Assembly: GCA_965203805.1 (NCBI GenBank)
Contig: OZ241917.1
Coordinates: forward strand, 4,000,001 to 4,064,000
DNA: 64,000 nt
From: Candidatus Latescibacterota bacterium
GTDB lineage: Bacteria; Latescibacterota; UBA2968; GCA-2709665
Reading direction: 5' to 3'
Part shown: piece after piece, positions 39,696 through 48,998 of the stretch
Numbering within the stretch: position 1 is the stretch's first letter
Layout of the letters: every line of letters begins with the position of its first letter
Made by a program: the position numbers and the translations under genes
The notes under the pieces: model-generated
The model's input: only the letters and a program-made list of their open reading frames with translations
The model's database searches: none
What the model was told of the DNA's origin: nothing

Positions 39696-42671
39696 ATCCG
39701 TATCTCCGAGCGTCGCGATCGAGGGGACAATGTATTCGTCTCCCGGATTGACGAGGTACGTGTAGCCGCCGGCGAGATCGGCGCCTTCCCTGAGCCCCCG
39801 AACAATCGTAATATCGCCCGTTGAGACGCCGCCGTTCGTGGCGGCCGCGATCCTGTAGCTCGTATCCATCGGCAGGTCGTTTACGAAATGAATCGTGCGG
39901 CCGACCAGGTCGGGACCGGCCGGCAGGGGCGGATCCAGGTCAACCAGGTTGTTCGCCGGGTCGGAAGCGTCGATTCCTGTCACCCTCCCGCGCCATGCGG
40001 GACGTTCCGCAGCCAGTTCAACGCCGCCGACAGCCAGTGACGTACCGCCGATCATTCGCATCAGATTCACCTCATCCCCCGCCATGCGGATCATGCCGAG
40101 GGTGCCGTCGAACCTGATCCCGCCTTCCACTTCGACTTCCATCGCTTCCTCACAACTGATCAGGATGTCCGTGCGGCCGCCCAACAGCACCACGGCCACG
40201 GCTGCGGCGCTGCAGGCATCCCCGGCGTGCTTTACCTCCAGCTCCCGTACCCGAGAGATGAACCGATTTGTATCGTAAGGTTCCAGGACGTTGAGAAACC
40301 GGCTCTGCATCTCCTCGCCCAGCCTGCTCTGGATCAGATACCTTGGCCGCTGCAGCCGCCGCGGCGAATCCCCCGTGGCGAGCGCCACCTCATCGCAGGG
40401 CGTTAGCGCGTGCAGGCGAAGGTGCGGCTCGCAGCCTTCCGGAATGCGGCCGTGGAGGTCCTCGATCTTCCAGTCGACGGTGTAGGGTGTGCGGACGGCC
40501 CCCTGCGAGCGTTCCACGTCGTAGAGGTACGTGAAGCCGCTCTCCTTGAAGAAGTCCGCATTCTCACCGGCCAGCGTGGCGAACGAAACGTTGGGATCCG
40601 CAAAGGTGCCGCCATCCTGACCGACGAGTTCCAGGCCGGCAACACCAGCCGTTTCCGCGGCGCCATGCCAGGACAGACGGTGGTTTCTCCCGCCCCTTGC
40701 ACGGAACACATCCAGAATGTAGCTGTTGTCGTTGTCCACGTCGACCAGGGCGACCGTGCGCCGGTAGGTTCGCAGCCCCTCATAGGCGTTCGGCGCATTC
40801 ACCTGGATCCCGCGCAACGGGGGTTCGACTGCGAAGTACTCGACCTGTCCGCCGGGGCTGTACGCCGATCGGGTATCGCCTACAAGCAGCGTATTGTGAC
40901 TGATGGTATTGGCCGTCCACGCGTGTCGTTTCGGCCAGGTCCCGGTATATTCCGGATAGCCCAGATCCGGCATCATCGCCACGTTTTTCGCCAGCAGTCC
41001 CACGTTGAGCGAATCGTGGTGGGAGTGGCCCTTTCCCTGCCCGTAGTGGATGAACACGGCGCGGCCGTTTTCCGGTTGGCCGGTCTGCAGTTGCGCCTGC
41101 CCGTACCGCCCGAAGTGCTCACTCGTCAGGTTGCCCGATCCCTGTTGACCGACGTTCCGTATCTCACGGATCAGCGCGTCCGGATCCTCGCGGAAAATAT
41201 CGTCATCCAGGCGCAGGGAGGTGCCGTGCACCGCGTGCTCGTGCCAGGCCAGGGCGGCGAAACGCGGGTCACCGTACAGACGGTACGCGCGGACATAGGT
41301 CGCGGCATCGCCCTGCCGGCCCCAAGCGCCTACAGCACCGCTGTCACCCGTATTGGGCATCATGCCATCCAGTACGTTCAAGCGGGACTCCACGAGATAG
41401 GCCTGTTTGAGCTTCGGGTAATCCTCGACGAGATTGTGTTTCGTGTACTCAGGATACGTGGACAGAATCTGCGCCAGTTCCCGCATGTGGCGGGTCCAGA
41501 TGAGACCGTAACCCCCGCACTCGCCGCCCATGCCATCCCGGTCCAGCCCCTCGGTCAGCACCCACGACACCGGATCATGCTGAGCCGAGTGGTCTCCGGG
41601 AAACCCTGGATGGAACAGCCAGTCCAGCCACTCCGGCGTCAATTCGGGATGGTCCAGAGCAATCGCGGCGGTGGCGAGGGAGGTGTGATTCATGCCCGTG
41701 TTTCCGCTGATCCGGCCGTCCCTTACAGAGGCAAGCGCCTCTAAAAACAGGTGATCGTGGATATGTCCGCAGATTGCGGCGATGCTCTCTTTGTCCCCCA
41801 GGTTGTATTTTCCGGCTTTGTCGGAGCAGAAGGCCACCAGTTCTTCGTCGTTCCGAATGCCGTCGAAGATGACGTCGTAGCTCCGCGCAAAGCCCTGCGC
41901 GACGGAGGTTTCCCAGATACAACCCTCGATACGGCCTCTCCCGGAACCGCCCTGGCTGTGTTGAAATCCCATCTCGTGCAGCGGCAGGTAGTCCATCTCC
42001 GGATAAACGTCGGCGATCCGGTCCAGCAGCACGCCAGCTTTATGGGCGTAGCGCCGGTCATTGGTGAGCGAGTACGCGTCGGCCAGCGCGGCAACGCCCC
42101 GCTGTATCCGGCGCCACACGGCTTCGAAATTGTAGTATGCGATGATATCGTGTCGATTGCCCTGTTCGTCGAACATGCCGTACCCGTCGTCTACATAGAG
42201 TTCGCGCCGGGGGTCGGACGGATCGGGATGATCGGCGTTGAAGAGCAGCGAGCGGTCGCCCAATTCACGACGGAACATCCCGTGCTCGTCAAGGGCCGTC
42301 CTGTAGAAGGCCCCGAAGTCGTTCCTCGGATAGACCTCTCCGCAGTGTTCGCACCAGATCTTCCACGGCCTGGCGTCGTCGAACTCCCACCATTCGCGCC
42401 CGGATTTCGCCGGGGCCGCTTCGCCGCATCCGGGGCAATAGGGCTGCTGCCCCTTGTACGTCACCCCTTCATTGGTGTAGACTGTCCGCGGCAGTTCCTG
42501 TGCGGTGACCATGCCCCACAACGCATCGTCGGTGCGGCCGACCCACTCGCCGGCCGCCGCAACCGCGCGCTCCTGCCGCTCGCGCGCCCAGTCGTATTTC
42601 TTCGCATTCGCCACCGCATTCGACCGCATCGCCGCGCTGACGAATCGGCTTTGCTTCTTTCCAATTGGCAT
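39693..42671 (-). CDS. Heparinase II/III family protein
   Basis: GHSHHDSLN, PDLGYP, SHNTLLV, YRRTVALV; AGGAG RBS before MPIG. Confidence 0.82.
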   Translation of the reverse strand: MPIGKKQSRFVSAAMRSNAVANAKKYDWARERQERAVAAAGEWVGRTDDALWGMVTAQELPRTVYTNEGVTYKGQQPYCPGCGEAAPAKSGREWWEFDDARPWKIWCEHCGEVYPRNDFGAFYRTALDEHGMFRRELGDRSLLFNADHPDPSDPRRELYVDDGYGMFDEQGNRHDIIAYYNFEAVWRRIQRGVAALADAYSLTNDRRYAHKAGVLLDRIADVYPEMDYLPLHEMGFQHSQGGSGRGRIEGCIWETSVAQGFARSYDVIFDGIRNDEELVAFCSDKAGKYNLGDKESIAAICGHIHDHLFLEALASVRDGRISGNTGMNHTSLATAAIALDHPELTPEWLDWLFHPGFPGDHSAQHDPVSWVLTEGLDRDGMGGECGGYGLIWTRHMRELAQILSTYPEYTKHNLVEDYPKLKQAYLVESRLNVLDGMMPNTGDSGAVGAWGRQGDAATYVRAYRLYGDPRFAALAWHEHAVHGTSLRLDDDIFREDPDALIREIRNVGQQGSGNLTSEHFGRYGQAQLQTGQPENGRAVFIHYGQGKGHSHHDSLNVGLLAKNVAMMPDLGYPEYTGTWPKRHAWTANTISHNTLLVGDTRSAYSPGGQVEYFAVEPPLRGIQVNAPNAYEGLRTYRRTVALVDVDNDNSYILDVFRARGGRNHRLSWHGAAETAGVAGLELVGQDGGTFADPNVSFATLAGENADFFKESGFTYLYDVERSQGAVRTPYTVDWKIEDLHGRIPEGCEPHLRLHALTPCDEVALATGDSPRRLQRPRYLIQSRLGEEMQSRFLNVLEPYDTNRFISRVRELEVKHAGDACSAAAVAVVLLGGRTDILISCEEAMEVEVEGGIRFDGTLGMIRMAGDEVNLMRMIGGTSLAVGGVELAAERPAWRGRVTGIDASDPANNLVDLDPPLPAGPDLVGRTIHFVNDLPMDTSYRIAAATNGGVSTGDITIVRGLREGADLAGGYTYLVNPGDEYIVPSIATLGDTD

Positions 42672-42907
42672 TCGGTTCACTCCTTTCAGACCACAACACC
42701 GGGTCGAATTCCAGGACACGTCCACGATTCTAATCTTGTTGATAATTCAGGTATTCCGCAACTGCTAAACATCCGGGTGGACCTGCGACGCGTCGTGGGT
42801 TCCGGGTTGAAATCTCTGCGACAGAGGTTATATTACGCGAGGCGTGCACCATTCAAGGTAGCCGAAAAGGCCGGAATTCACGAGCTATTCATACGGAGGA
42901 GAGTACA

Positions 42908-43645
42908 ATGGACGAAACCGCAAACGACCGCGACGTGGAAAGCGGAGAGGGGACGGGGATAGTCAGCAGGATGATCGGCGCTATGTTCTCGCCGGGACGG
43001 ACATTCGCTTCCGTCAATGCGCATACCGACCACAGGGACTGGTATCTCCCCATGATCGTCATCGCGATCATCGGTATGTTCACCGCGTATCTGTTAATGC
43101 CCGCCGCTCAGACGGCCGGGATGCAGGCCGTGCAGGAACAACTCGCGAAAGACGAATCCCTTACGGAGGAACAGCGGGCGATGCAACTGGAAAATGCGCG
43201 AAGGGTGATGGGCTTCAGCGCCGTTGTGCTTTCGCCCATAGGCACCGCCGTGACCATCTTCGTCCAGGCGGCGATTTTTCTGGCGCTCGCCAATTTCGTT
43301 TTCGGCGGCGACGGCACGTACAAAAAGACGCTGGCCGTTGTGAGCTACAGTTCACTCGTGGCGGTACCCGCCGCCGTTGTCGCGCTGCTGCTCGGCATGG
43401 CCTGGGATGCGCCAACGGTCCAACTCGGCCTGGGTCTGCTGGCGCCGGAATCCATGAAAGGAAGTTACATTCATCACTTCCTGTCCATGGTCACCGTCTT
43501 CGCCGTCTGGAAGTATCTGTTGGTTTCGGTCGGCCTGGGAGTTGTTGCGGGTATCCGGACAAAGCTTGCGGGGATGGGGGTCTTCGGACTCTGGATCCTC
43601 TACGTCCTCGCCGCTGCCTTCGCACGGTCCGCTGTCGCCGTCTGA
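42908..43645 (+). CDS. Yip1 family membrane protein
   Basis: MFSPGRTF motif, multiple TM helices, YKKTLAVVSYS. Confidence 0.85.
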   Translation: MDETANDRDVESGEGTGIVSRMIGAMFSPGRTFASVNAHTDHRDWYLPMIVIAIIGMFTAYLLMPAAQTAGMQAVQEQLAKDESLTEEQRAMQLENARRVMGFSAVVLSPIGTAVTIFVQAAIFLALANFVFGGDGTYKKTLAVVSYSSLVAVPAAVVALLLGMAWDAPTVQLGLGLLAPESMKGSYIHHFLSMVTVFAVWKYLLVSVGLGVVAGIRTKLAGMGVFGLWILYVLAAAFARSAVAV

Positions 43646-43851
43646 CGGCAGGGAACGGATATCATAGAGAGCACCCTGAGGGGAAGGTTGTTACACATCA
43701 TTGCACGTACACCCTTAGCCACTCCCTGAGCTTGTCGAAGGGTCGAAGGGTCGGCGAAGGGTTAATAACGCACCGAAACGCGGCCAGATGATTGAACCAT
43801 TCCCGGGAGACCGGTCGAATTCAACCATCTGGCCGCGTTGTGTTTCTACGT

Positions 43852-43953
43852 TTACTCTCTTACGATTGTCTCCAATTTCCCAATCAGACGTTAAAGATCG
43901 CTTGCGTACATAAGCAGATCCACAAGCCTTACACCGTCATCACGCCTGCTCAT
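43852..43953 (-). pseudogene. Collapsed HepT/DUF86 toxin remnant
   Basis: MSRRDDGVRLVDLLMYASDL*RLIGKLETIVRE: N- and C-terminal ends fused, internal stop. Confidence 0.6.
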
Positions 43954-44150
43954 AGACCGCCTCCGCTGAACTGAGTATTTCCTTCCGAGGCAGCCAGTTC
44001 GGGTTGCTTTCGACCCCTCTGAAGGTGTGAAGGTCGACTTTTCTCCCGTATATCACCGACAACTCATCCTGCATGGCGATGAACTTCAGTCCTGGCGTCT
44101 TTCCCGGCTCGAATTCCACGATCACGTCCACGTCGCTCCCCGGCGTGAAA
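43940..44150 (-). pseudogene. MNT nucleotidyltransferase, 5' truncated
   Basis: SDVDVIVEF...GRKVDL; close paralogue of 52203-52517 but lacks the LFGS segment. Confidence 0.75.
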
Positions 44151-44309
44151 ATGAGGCGCAGCGGCAGCAAGCTTGAGCATGAATCAATCGTTAATCCTCT
44201 AATTGGCGCGCCGGCGCAACTGTCCTAATATCCCAATCCAGTTGTGACGCGAACTCCCTGCGTAGCCGGATCATGCCTGAAGACCGAGTTATGGCACCGA
44301 TTTTGTTGC

Positions 44310-45472
44310 TAGTGTTTCGTCCCAGGAGTAACTTGCAAAAATAGTTCACTTGCCATAGATTCCCTATAGCGAAAGGAGGAATCTATGGCCAGGGGACGTC
44401 CGTTAGCGCCACTGAGTATTGGGGATGAGGTTCGTGCGCAACTGGAAACCATTTCCCGTTCAAGAAGCATGTCGCACAGTCTTGTGTGCCGGGCGAAGAT
44501 CGTTCTGATGAGTGATCAAGGGCTGTCGAATCAGCAGATCGGACGACAGCTTGGTCTGTCGGGAGCCACAGTCGGGAAGTGGCGCCGTCGGTTTTTAGAA
44601 CAAGGTCTGATGGGGCTTTATGATGAATTGCGCCCCGGGGGGCCCCGCTCGATCAGCGATGAGCGCATCGCCTCGCTGATTCATGCAACGCTCAAAGACA
44701 AGCCGTCGGGAGCCACCCACTGGACCTGCCGCTCTCTGGCAGCCCAGACGCAACTGTCCAAGTCCACGGTTCAGCGCGTGTGGAAAGCGTTTGGTCTACA
44801 GCCGCACCGGCAAAAACACTTCAAGCTGTCCAATGATCCGTTCTTTGTCGAGAAGGTACGTGACATTGTCGGACTGTATCTGAACCCTCCCGACAACGCG
44901 ATGGTATTATGCGTTGACGAAAAGAGTCAGATCCAGGCATTGGAGCGAACGCAGCCGATATTGCCTTTGGGGTTGGGCTATGTGGAAGGGGTCACCCACA
45001 ATTATATCCGGCACGGCACCACGACCTTGTTCGCCGCGCTGGAGGTCGCTTCCGGCAAGGTGCTGGCCCAATGCAAACCCCGACATCGACACCAGGAATT
45101 TTTACAATTCCTCAAATATATCGACCAAAACGTCCCGAAGGACCTTGACATTCATCTCGTCGTCGACAACTACGCCACGCACAAGCACGAAAAAATCAAA
45201 CGCTGGATCGCAGCCAGGCCCCGATACCACGTTCACTATACACCGACCTATGCGTCCTGGCTCAACCAGGTCGAGATCTGGTTCGGCATCATTACCCAGA
45301 AAGCCATCCGACGCGGGACCTTCAAAAAGGTGAAAGACCTCATCGCCAACATTCAGGATTTCACCAACCATTATAACGCCAACTCACGACCGTTCGTCTG
45401 GACCGCCACCGCAGAATCGATCCTTGACAAGATCACCAGACTTTTTGAACTAATTCATGGGACAAGACACTA
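44310..45472 (+). mobile_element. IS630-family element A
   Basis: IRs TAGTGTTTCGTCCCA / TGGGACAAGACACTA; TA duplication within CTAG. Confidence 0.92.
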
Positions 45473-45473
45473 G
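44385..45473 (+). CDS. IS630 transposase
   Basis: HTH region, VDEKSQIQAL, RHGTTTLFAAL, DNYATH, SWLNQVE. Confidence 0.95.
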   Translation: MARGRPLAPLSIGDEVRAQLETISRSRSMSHSLVCRAKIVLMSDQGLSNQQIGRQLGLSGATVGKWRRRFLEQGLMGLYDELRPGGPRSISDERIASLIHATLKDKPSGATHWTCRSLAAQTQLSKSTVQRVWKAFGLQPHRQKHFKLSNDPFFVEKVRDIVGLYLNPPDNAMVLCVDEKSQIQALERTQPILPLGLGYVEGVTHNYIRHGTTTLFAALEVASGKVLAQCKPRHRHQEFLQFLKYIDQNVPKDLDIHLVVDNYATHKHEKIKRWIAARPRYHVHYTPTYASWLNQVEIWFGIITQKAIRRGTFKKVKDLIANIQDFTNHYNANSRPFVWTATAESILDKITRLFELIHGTRH

Positions 45474-45870
45474 CTTCTCGCATGGATTTTTCGACCGTCT
45501 TAGTTCGCCTACGTGCGGGTTTGCGACTGGAAACGCGTAACGATGAGGTCGTGTAAGCCTTGCGGGTGAAAGATAGTATTCGTTTTACATCCGTCTCGGT
45601 TGGCAAAGTTCGTCCACCTTTTGTCCAAGGAGTGAGAGTTGCTATCGGATTGTCGTGTAGCATCTCACTCCAAATTCGATCCTGATGTGCGGTTCTCGAA
45701 CCATGATGCGGAATCTTAAAGACCGACGCTTTGCAATTCGGCCTTTCTGTTGAGGCGAGTATTTCCAACCAGCCCGGTCCCTCAAGATCGGAACCGAGCA
45801 GTATCGCTGTATTGCCAATTTTGACCAATAAGACAACCGCAACTTCGTTGGGGGTCAAACTAGTACTTAC

Positions 45871-45899
45871 TTGACAAAAAAAGCGAAATAATATATCTT
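45871..45899 (+). promoter_or_regulatory. Sigma70-like promoter of IS630-B transposase
   Basis: TTGACA-17 bp-TATCTT at the left end of the element. Confidence 0.55.
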
Positions 45900-45948
45900 G
45901 TGCTCATAGGGAATCGATCTCAGTTCAACTGTGGAGAGGAGACCGCCT

Positions 45949-47016
45949 ATGAGCCGCCCCGCCGTGTTGATCACGTTGCGTGACGAGGAAAAAGAGACGC
46001 TGTTGAGTTGGACACGTTCAGGCAAGACGCAACACCGTTATGTGCTGCGCGCCCGGATTGTTCTTTCAGCGTCCCAGGGCGATGCGAACCGGGACATCGC
46101 CAGGGATCTGGGAACGCGCGAGGCCACGGTGTGCAAGTGGCGCCGGCGCTTTCACGAGTCGGGTCTTTCCGGGTTGCAGGACAAGGCGAGATCGGGCAAG
46201 CCTGCCAAGTACGACCAGTCAAGCGAAAAGCGCATTTTGGAGGCCTTGGACGATGCCCCGCCCAAGGGCTATGGAAACTGGACCGGTCCGTTGTTGGCCG
46301 ACAAGCTGGGAATTTCTGTCCACTATGTCTGGCAGGTCTTGCGCAACCACGGCATTTCGCTGGCCAGAAGGCGCAGCTGGTGTATCAGCACCGATCCGGA
46401 ATTTGCCACCAAGGCCGCAGCCATCGTGGGGTTGTATCTGGAACCTCCCAAAAATGCGATTGTCTTGTGCGTCGACGAAAAGCCCGCGATTCAGGCGTTG
46501 GAAAGGGTACAGGGATGGCTCAAGCTGCCCAACGGCAAGGCCGTAACCGGCTTTAACCACGAATACAAGAGAAACGGCACCACCACGTTATTCGCTGCAT
46601 TGAACGTCGCCACCGGCCTCGTCAAGGCCGGGCATTACAAAAGGCGCAAACGACGCCAGTTTCTGAGCTTTATGAACGAACTTGTCGCCGAATACCCCGA
46701 TCAGGAACTCCACATCATCCTCGACAACCTGAACACCCACAAGCCCAAGAATGACCGCTGGCTGCCGCGCCATCCCAATGTCCACTTCTACTACACCCCC
46801 ACCCACGCATCCTGGCTCAACCAGATCGAAATCTGGTTCAGCATCCTGTGGAGAAGCGCGCTCAAAGGCGGCTCCTTCACCTCGATTCGAGACTTACGCA
46901 CCGCCATCAATCACTTCATTGACGCCTACAACGAGAACGCACATCCCTTCGAGTGGAAATCCACAAAAGTCCGACCCAAAGCCCTTGAAGAAAAATACTC
47001 TAATTTAACCAATTAA
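45949..47016 (+). CDS. IS630 transposase
   Basis: VDEKPAIQAL, RNGTTTLFAAL, DNLNTH, SWLNQIE. Confidence 0.95.
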   Translation: MSRPAVLITLRDEEKETLLSWTRSGKTQHRYVLRARIVLSASQGDANRDIARDLGTREATVCKWRRRFHESGLSGLQDKARSGKPAKYDQSSEKRILEALDDAPPKGYGNWTGPLLADKLGISVHYVWQVLRNHGISLARRRSWCISTDPEFATKAAAIVGLYLEPPKNAIVLCVDEKPAIQALERVQGWLKLPNGKAVTGFNHEYKRNGTTTLFAALNVATGLVKAGHYKRRKRRQFLSFMNELVAEYPDQELHIILDNLNTHKPKNDRWLPRHPNVHFYYTPTHASWLNQIEIWFSILWRSALKGGSFTSIRDLRTAINHFIDAYNENAHPFEWKSTKVRPKALEEKYSNLTN

Positions 47017-47584
47017 GTACTAGGTGTTCTCCTTTTAGTCTCACCAACTTGAGGCCGAATTCGGTCTATTTCGCGCAAAAAGCTATCAATTTCCTTATCG
47101 GATGGCGAGAGGGACCAAAACTCGCAATTGTCAAAACTAAAGATTCTGCGATTTGCTATTGCAAATACCGGCCTGGTTGATCTCTTTTCGAGAAGCGATC
47201 GGACCCTATAGATTTCCTTCATTCCAGAATTTACTTTGGACATCGGACGGCTTGCTACTGAGTCCATCATCGCGAGGAATTCTTCTGCTCGAAGGGCGGA
47301 TGCACAGCAGAAATGTGCACTGGTGCAGACATCGACCAATTCTCCCATACCTCGAATGTGGTCGTCATGCCAATGTGAAGCGACTATTAGTCGAACGACA
47401 TCAGCAGGGTTTAGCCCAAGGCCCTGAAAATACGCCAGCGCGACTGGCCGCGAATCCGCATCAATGCAGGAATCGACAATTACCCAACTTCCGTTTCCTA
47501 TGTGAAGTAAGATGCATTCTCCGTATCCAGGCCCTATTAGGGTTACTTCCAATACATCTTGTTCGGGTAGTTCGTCAGATGCGG

Positions 47585-48196
47585 TCAATCTGCCCATAAC
47601 TGAGCGGTCCTCTTAGCCCGTTGGTCGGCCTCCGTTATTTCTTGTTTGGTAACCACTGGAAGATCGCGAAAGACGATCCGGGAAACGCGCTGCTTAGTAC
47701 CGCTAGCGGATCGCTCGTAGCCGATGACCCAGCGAAAAATGCTACCAAGACGTATGCTTTTACGTTCGTCGTTCGTGATCTCGGAAAACGGAATAACAGC
47801 TTCTTCCTCTTCATAGGTGGAGCTTTTGGTTAGATCCAATAGCCGTACCGTAAAGTCCTCCGTTCCCTTCAAGATTACGTACCCTTCCCATTCCTGGAGT
47901 AAATGGAAACTGGTGCTGGACACGGTTCTCGAAACCGTCGCTAAATCAGGAAAATCGATTACATTGCGTAAATCGGAACCGATTTTGGCCGATGTCAAAG
48001 GATCCTCAATTGTGGCCTCCGCGACATCAGTGTCATGCGTTTGAGGGATGTGAGGCTGTTGTAATGTCGCTGTGATCCGATCCGCATATCCTTCCCGGAG
48101 CAATTGGTTAGGTGCGCTGGCTTCGCTGGAATTGTCGCTGAGGCTAGATGTATTCTGTAGTCTATCGACTACAGGGGCGGCTGCTGAATCTGACAT
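47585..48196 (-). CDS. Hypothetical protein, middle gene of three-gene module
   Basis: Overlaps both neighbours; low-complexity N-terminus, beta-rich C-terminal domain LQEWEGYV...GSIFRWVIGY. Confidence 0.7.
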   Translation of the reverse strand: MSDSAAAPVVDRLQNTSSLSDNSSEASAPNQLLREGYADRITATLQQPHIPQTHDTDVAEATIEDPLTSAKIGSDLRNVIDFPDLATVSRTVSSTSFHLLQEWEGYVILKGTEDFTVRLLDLTKSSTYEEEEAVIPFSEITNDERKSIRLGSIFRWVIGYERSASGTKQRVSRIVFRDLPVVTKQEITEADQRAKRTAQLWAD

Positions 48197-48894
48197 TATT
48201 GTTCCTCCGTCAAGGACATAATGTGATCGATGATGTCGTCTGCACGGCGCAATGAGTCGTCGAATTTCTCCTCAAGTAACTCAACGATCTTCCTGGTTTG
48301 CATCTCCGGTTCCACATCTCCCACAACGTAATGGTCATTCACCCCAACGTAGACCCCGAGATTCTCGTGCTCGACCCTGTTGGATGGCTCCACCTTTACG
48401 TTAATTTGCCCGCCAACCGGTCTATTACAAGGATCTACCTGTCTCATCGTAAGGGATACCATTCCACCGCGCTCTCCATCCAAGTCAAGTTTTCTCGCCC
48501 AATCCCCCCAAGGCTCGACAGGTGCGAGTAATCTTCCTAGTTGGTCTCTCTGTTTATGGTCCAGCACGCAAAAGTGGACATTACGGTTAATACCGACGGT
48601 CGTTAGCGGTGTATGGTGAAGGTGTTCACGAAATATTCGGACAGCGAGATCTCGAATCCGAACATATGGGCACTGGGTCGTATCCATTCGCATGCGTTCT
48701 GGAACGACTTGCATGTTAAGCCAATCCGCGTTAAAGCTCGTAAATTGAGGATGGGCAATGTTCGTTTCCGCAATTTCGATTATTCTTCTAGGTAAAAGTT
48801 GATGCCATCCGAACCAGGCGGGTGTAAATATCACAGGATTGAAACGGCCAAGCAAAACGAGCGAAACCCCGGCGATTTCGGGTTCAATTCTCAT
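48196..48894 (-). CDS. Hypothetical protein (possible remote TIGR04255-like), first gene of module
   Basis: AGGAG RBS; SLVLLGRFNPVIFTPAWF and VGINRNVHF; TAATG coupling to the next gene; family call weak. Confidence 0.65.
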   Translation of the reverse strand: MRIEPEIAGVSLVLLGRFNPVIFTPAWFGWHQLLPRRIIEIAETNIAHPQFTSFNADWLNMQVVPERMRMDTTQCPYVRIRDLAVRIFREHLHHTPLTTVGINRNVHFCVLDHKQRDQLGRLLAPVEPWGDWARKLDLDGERGGMVSLTMRQVDPCNRPVGGQINVKVEPSNRVEHENLGVYVGVNDHYVVGDVEPEMQTRKIVELLEEKFDDSLRRADDIIDHIMSLTEEQ

Positions 48895-48998
48895 TGCTGA
48901 ATTCTCCTGTCGAATCGTCTATTGCTCGTTCCGGCTCTGGGATTTGTCACGTTAGCTACCTTGAGGTTGAAGAGGTCGGTATAGCCCCCATGCCATTG

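Larger units (their letters stand above)
45861..47022 (+). mobile_element. IS630-family element B
   Basis: IRs TAGTACTTACTTG / CAATTAAGTACTA; TA duplication within CTAG. Confidence 0.92.
44191..47597 (-). pseudogene. ComEC/Rec2-type MBL-fold hydrolase split by two IS630 insertions
   Basis: GPGYGECILL, SHWHDDH, GSD and KIPHHGS motifs; excising both IS restores a continuous 361-aa ORF. Confidence 0.85.

Noticed and set aside
44310-47022. Composite transposon formed by the two IS630s
   Set aside because: The elements have different IRs and transposases, each has its own TA duplication, and the DNA between them is the middle of the interrupted MBL gene
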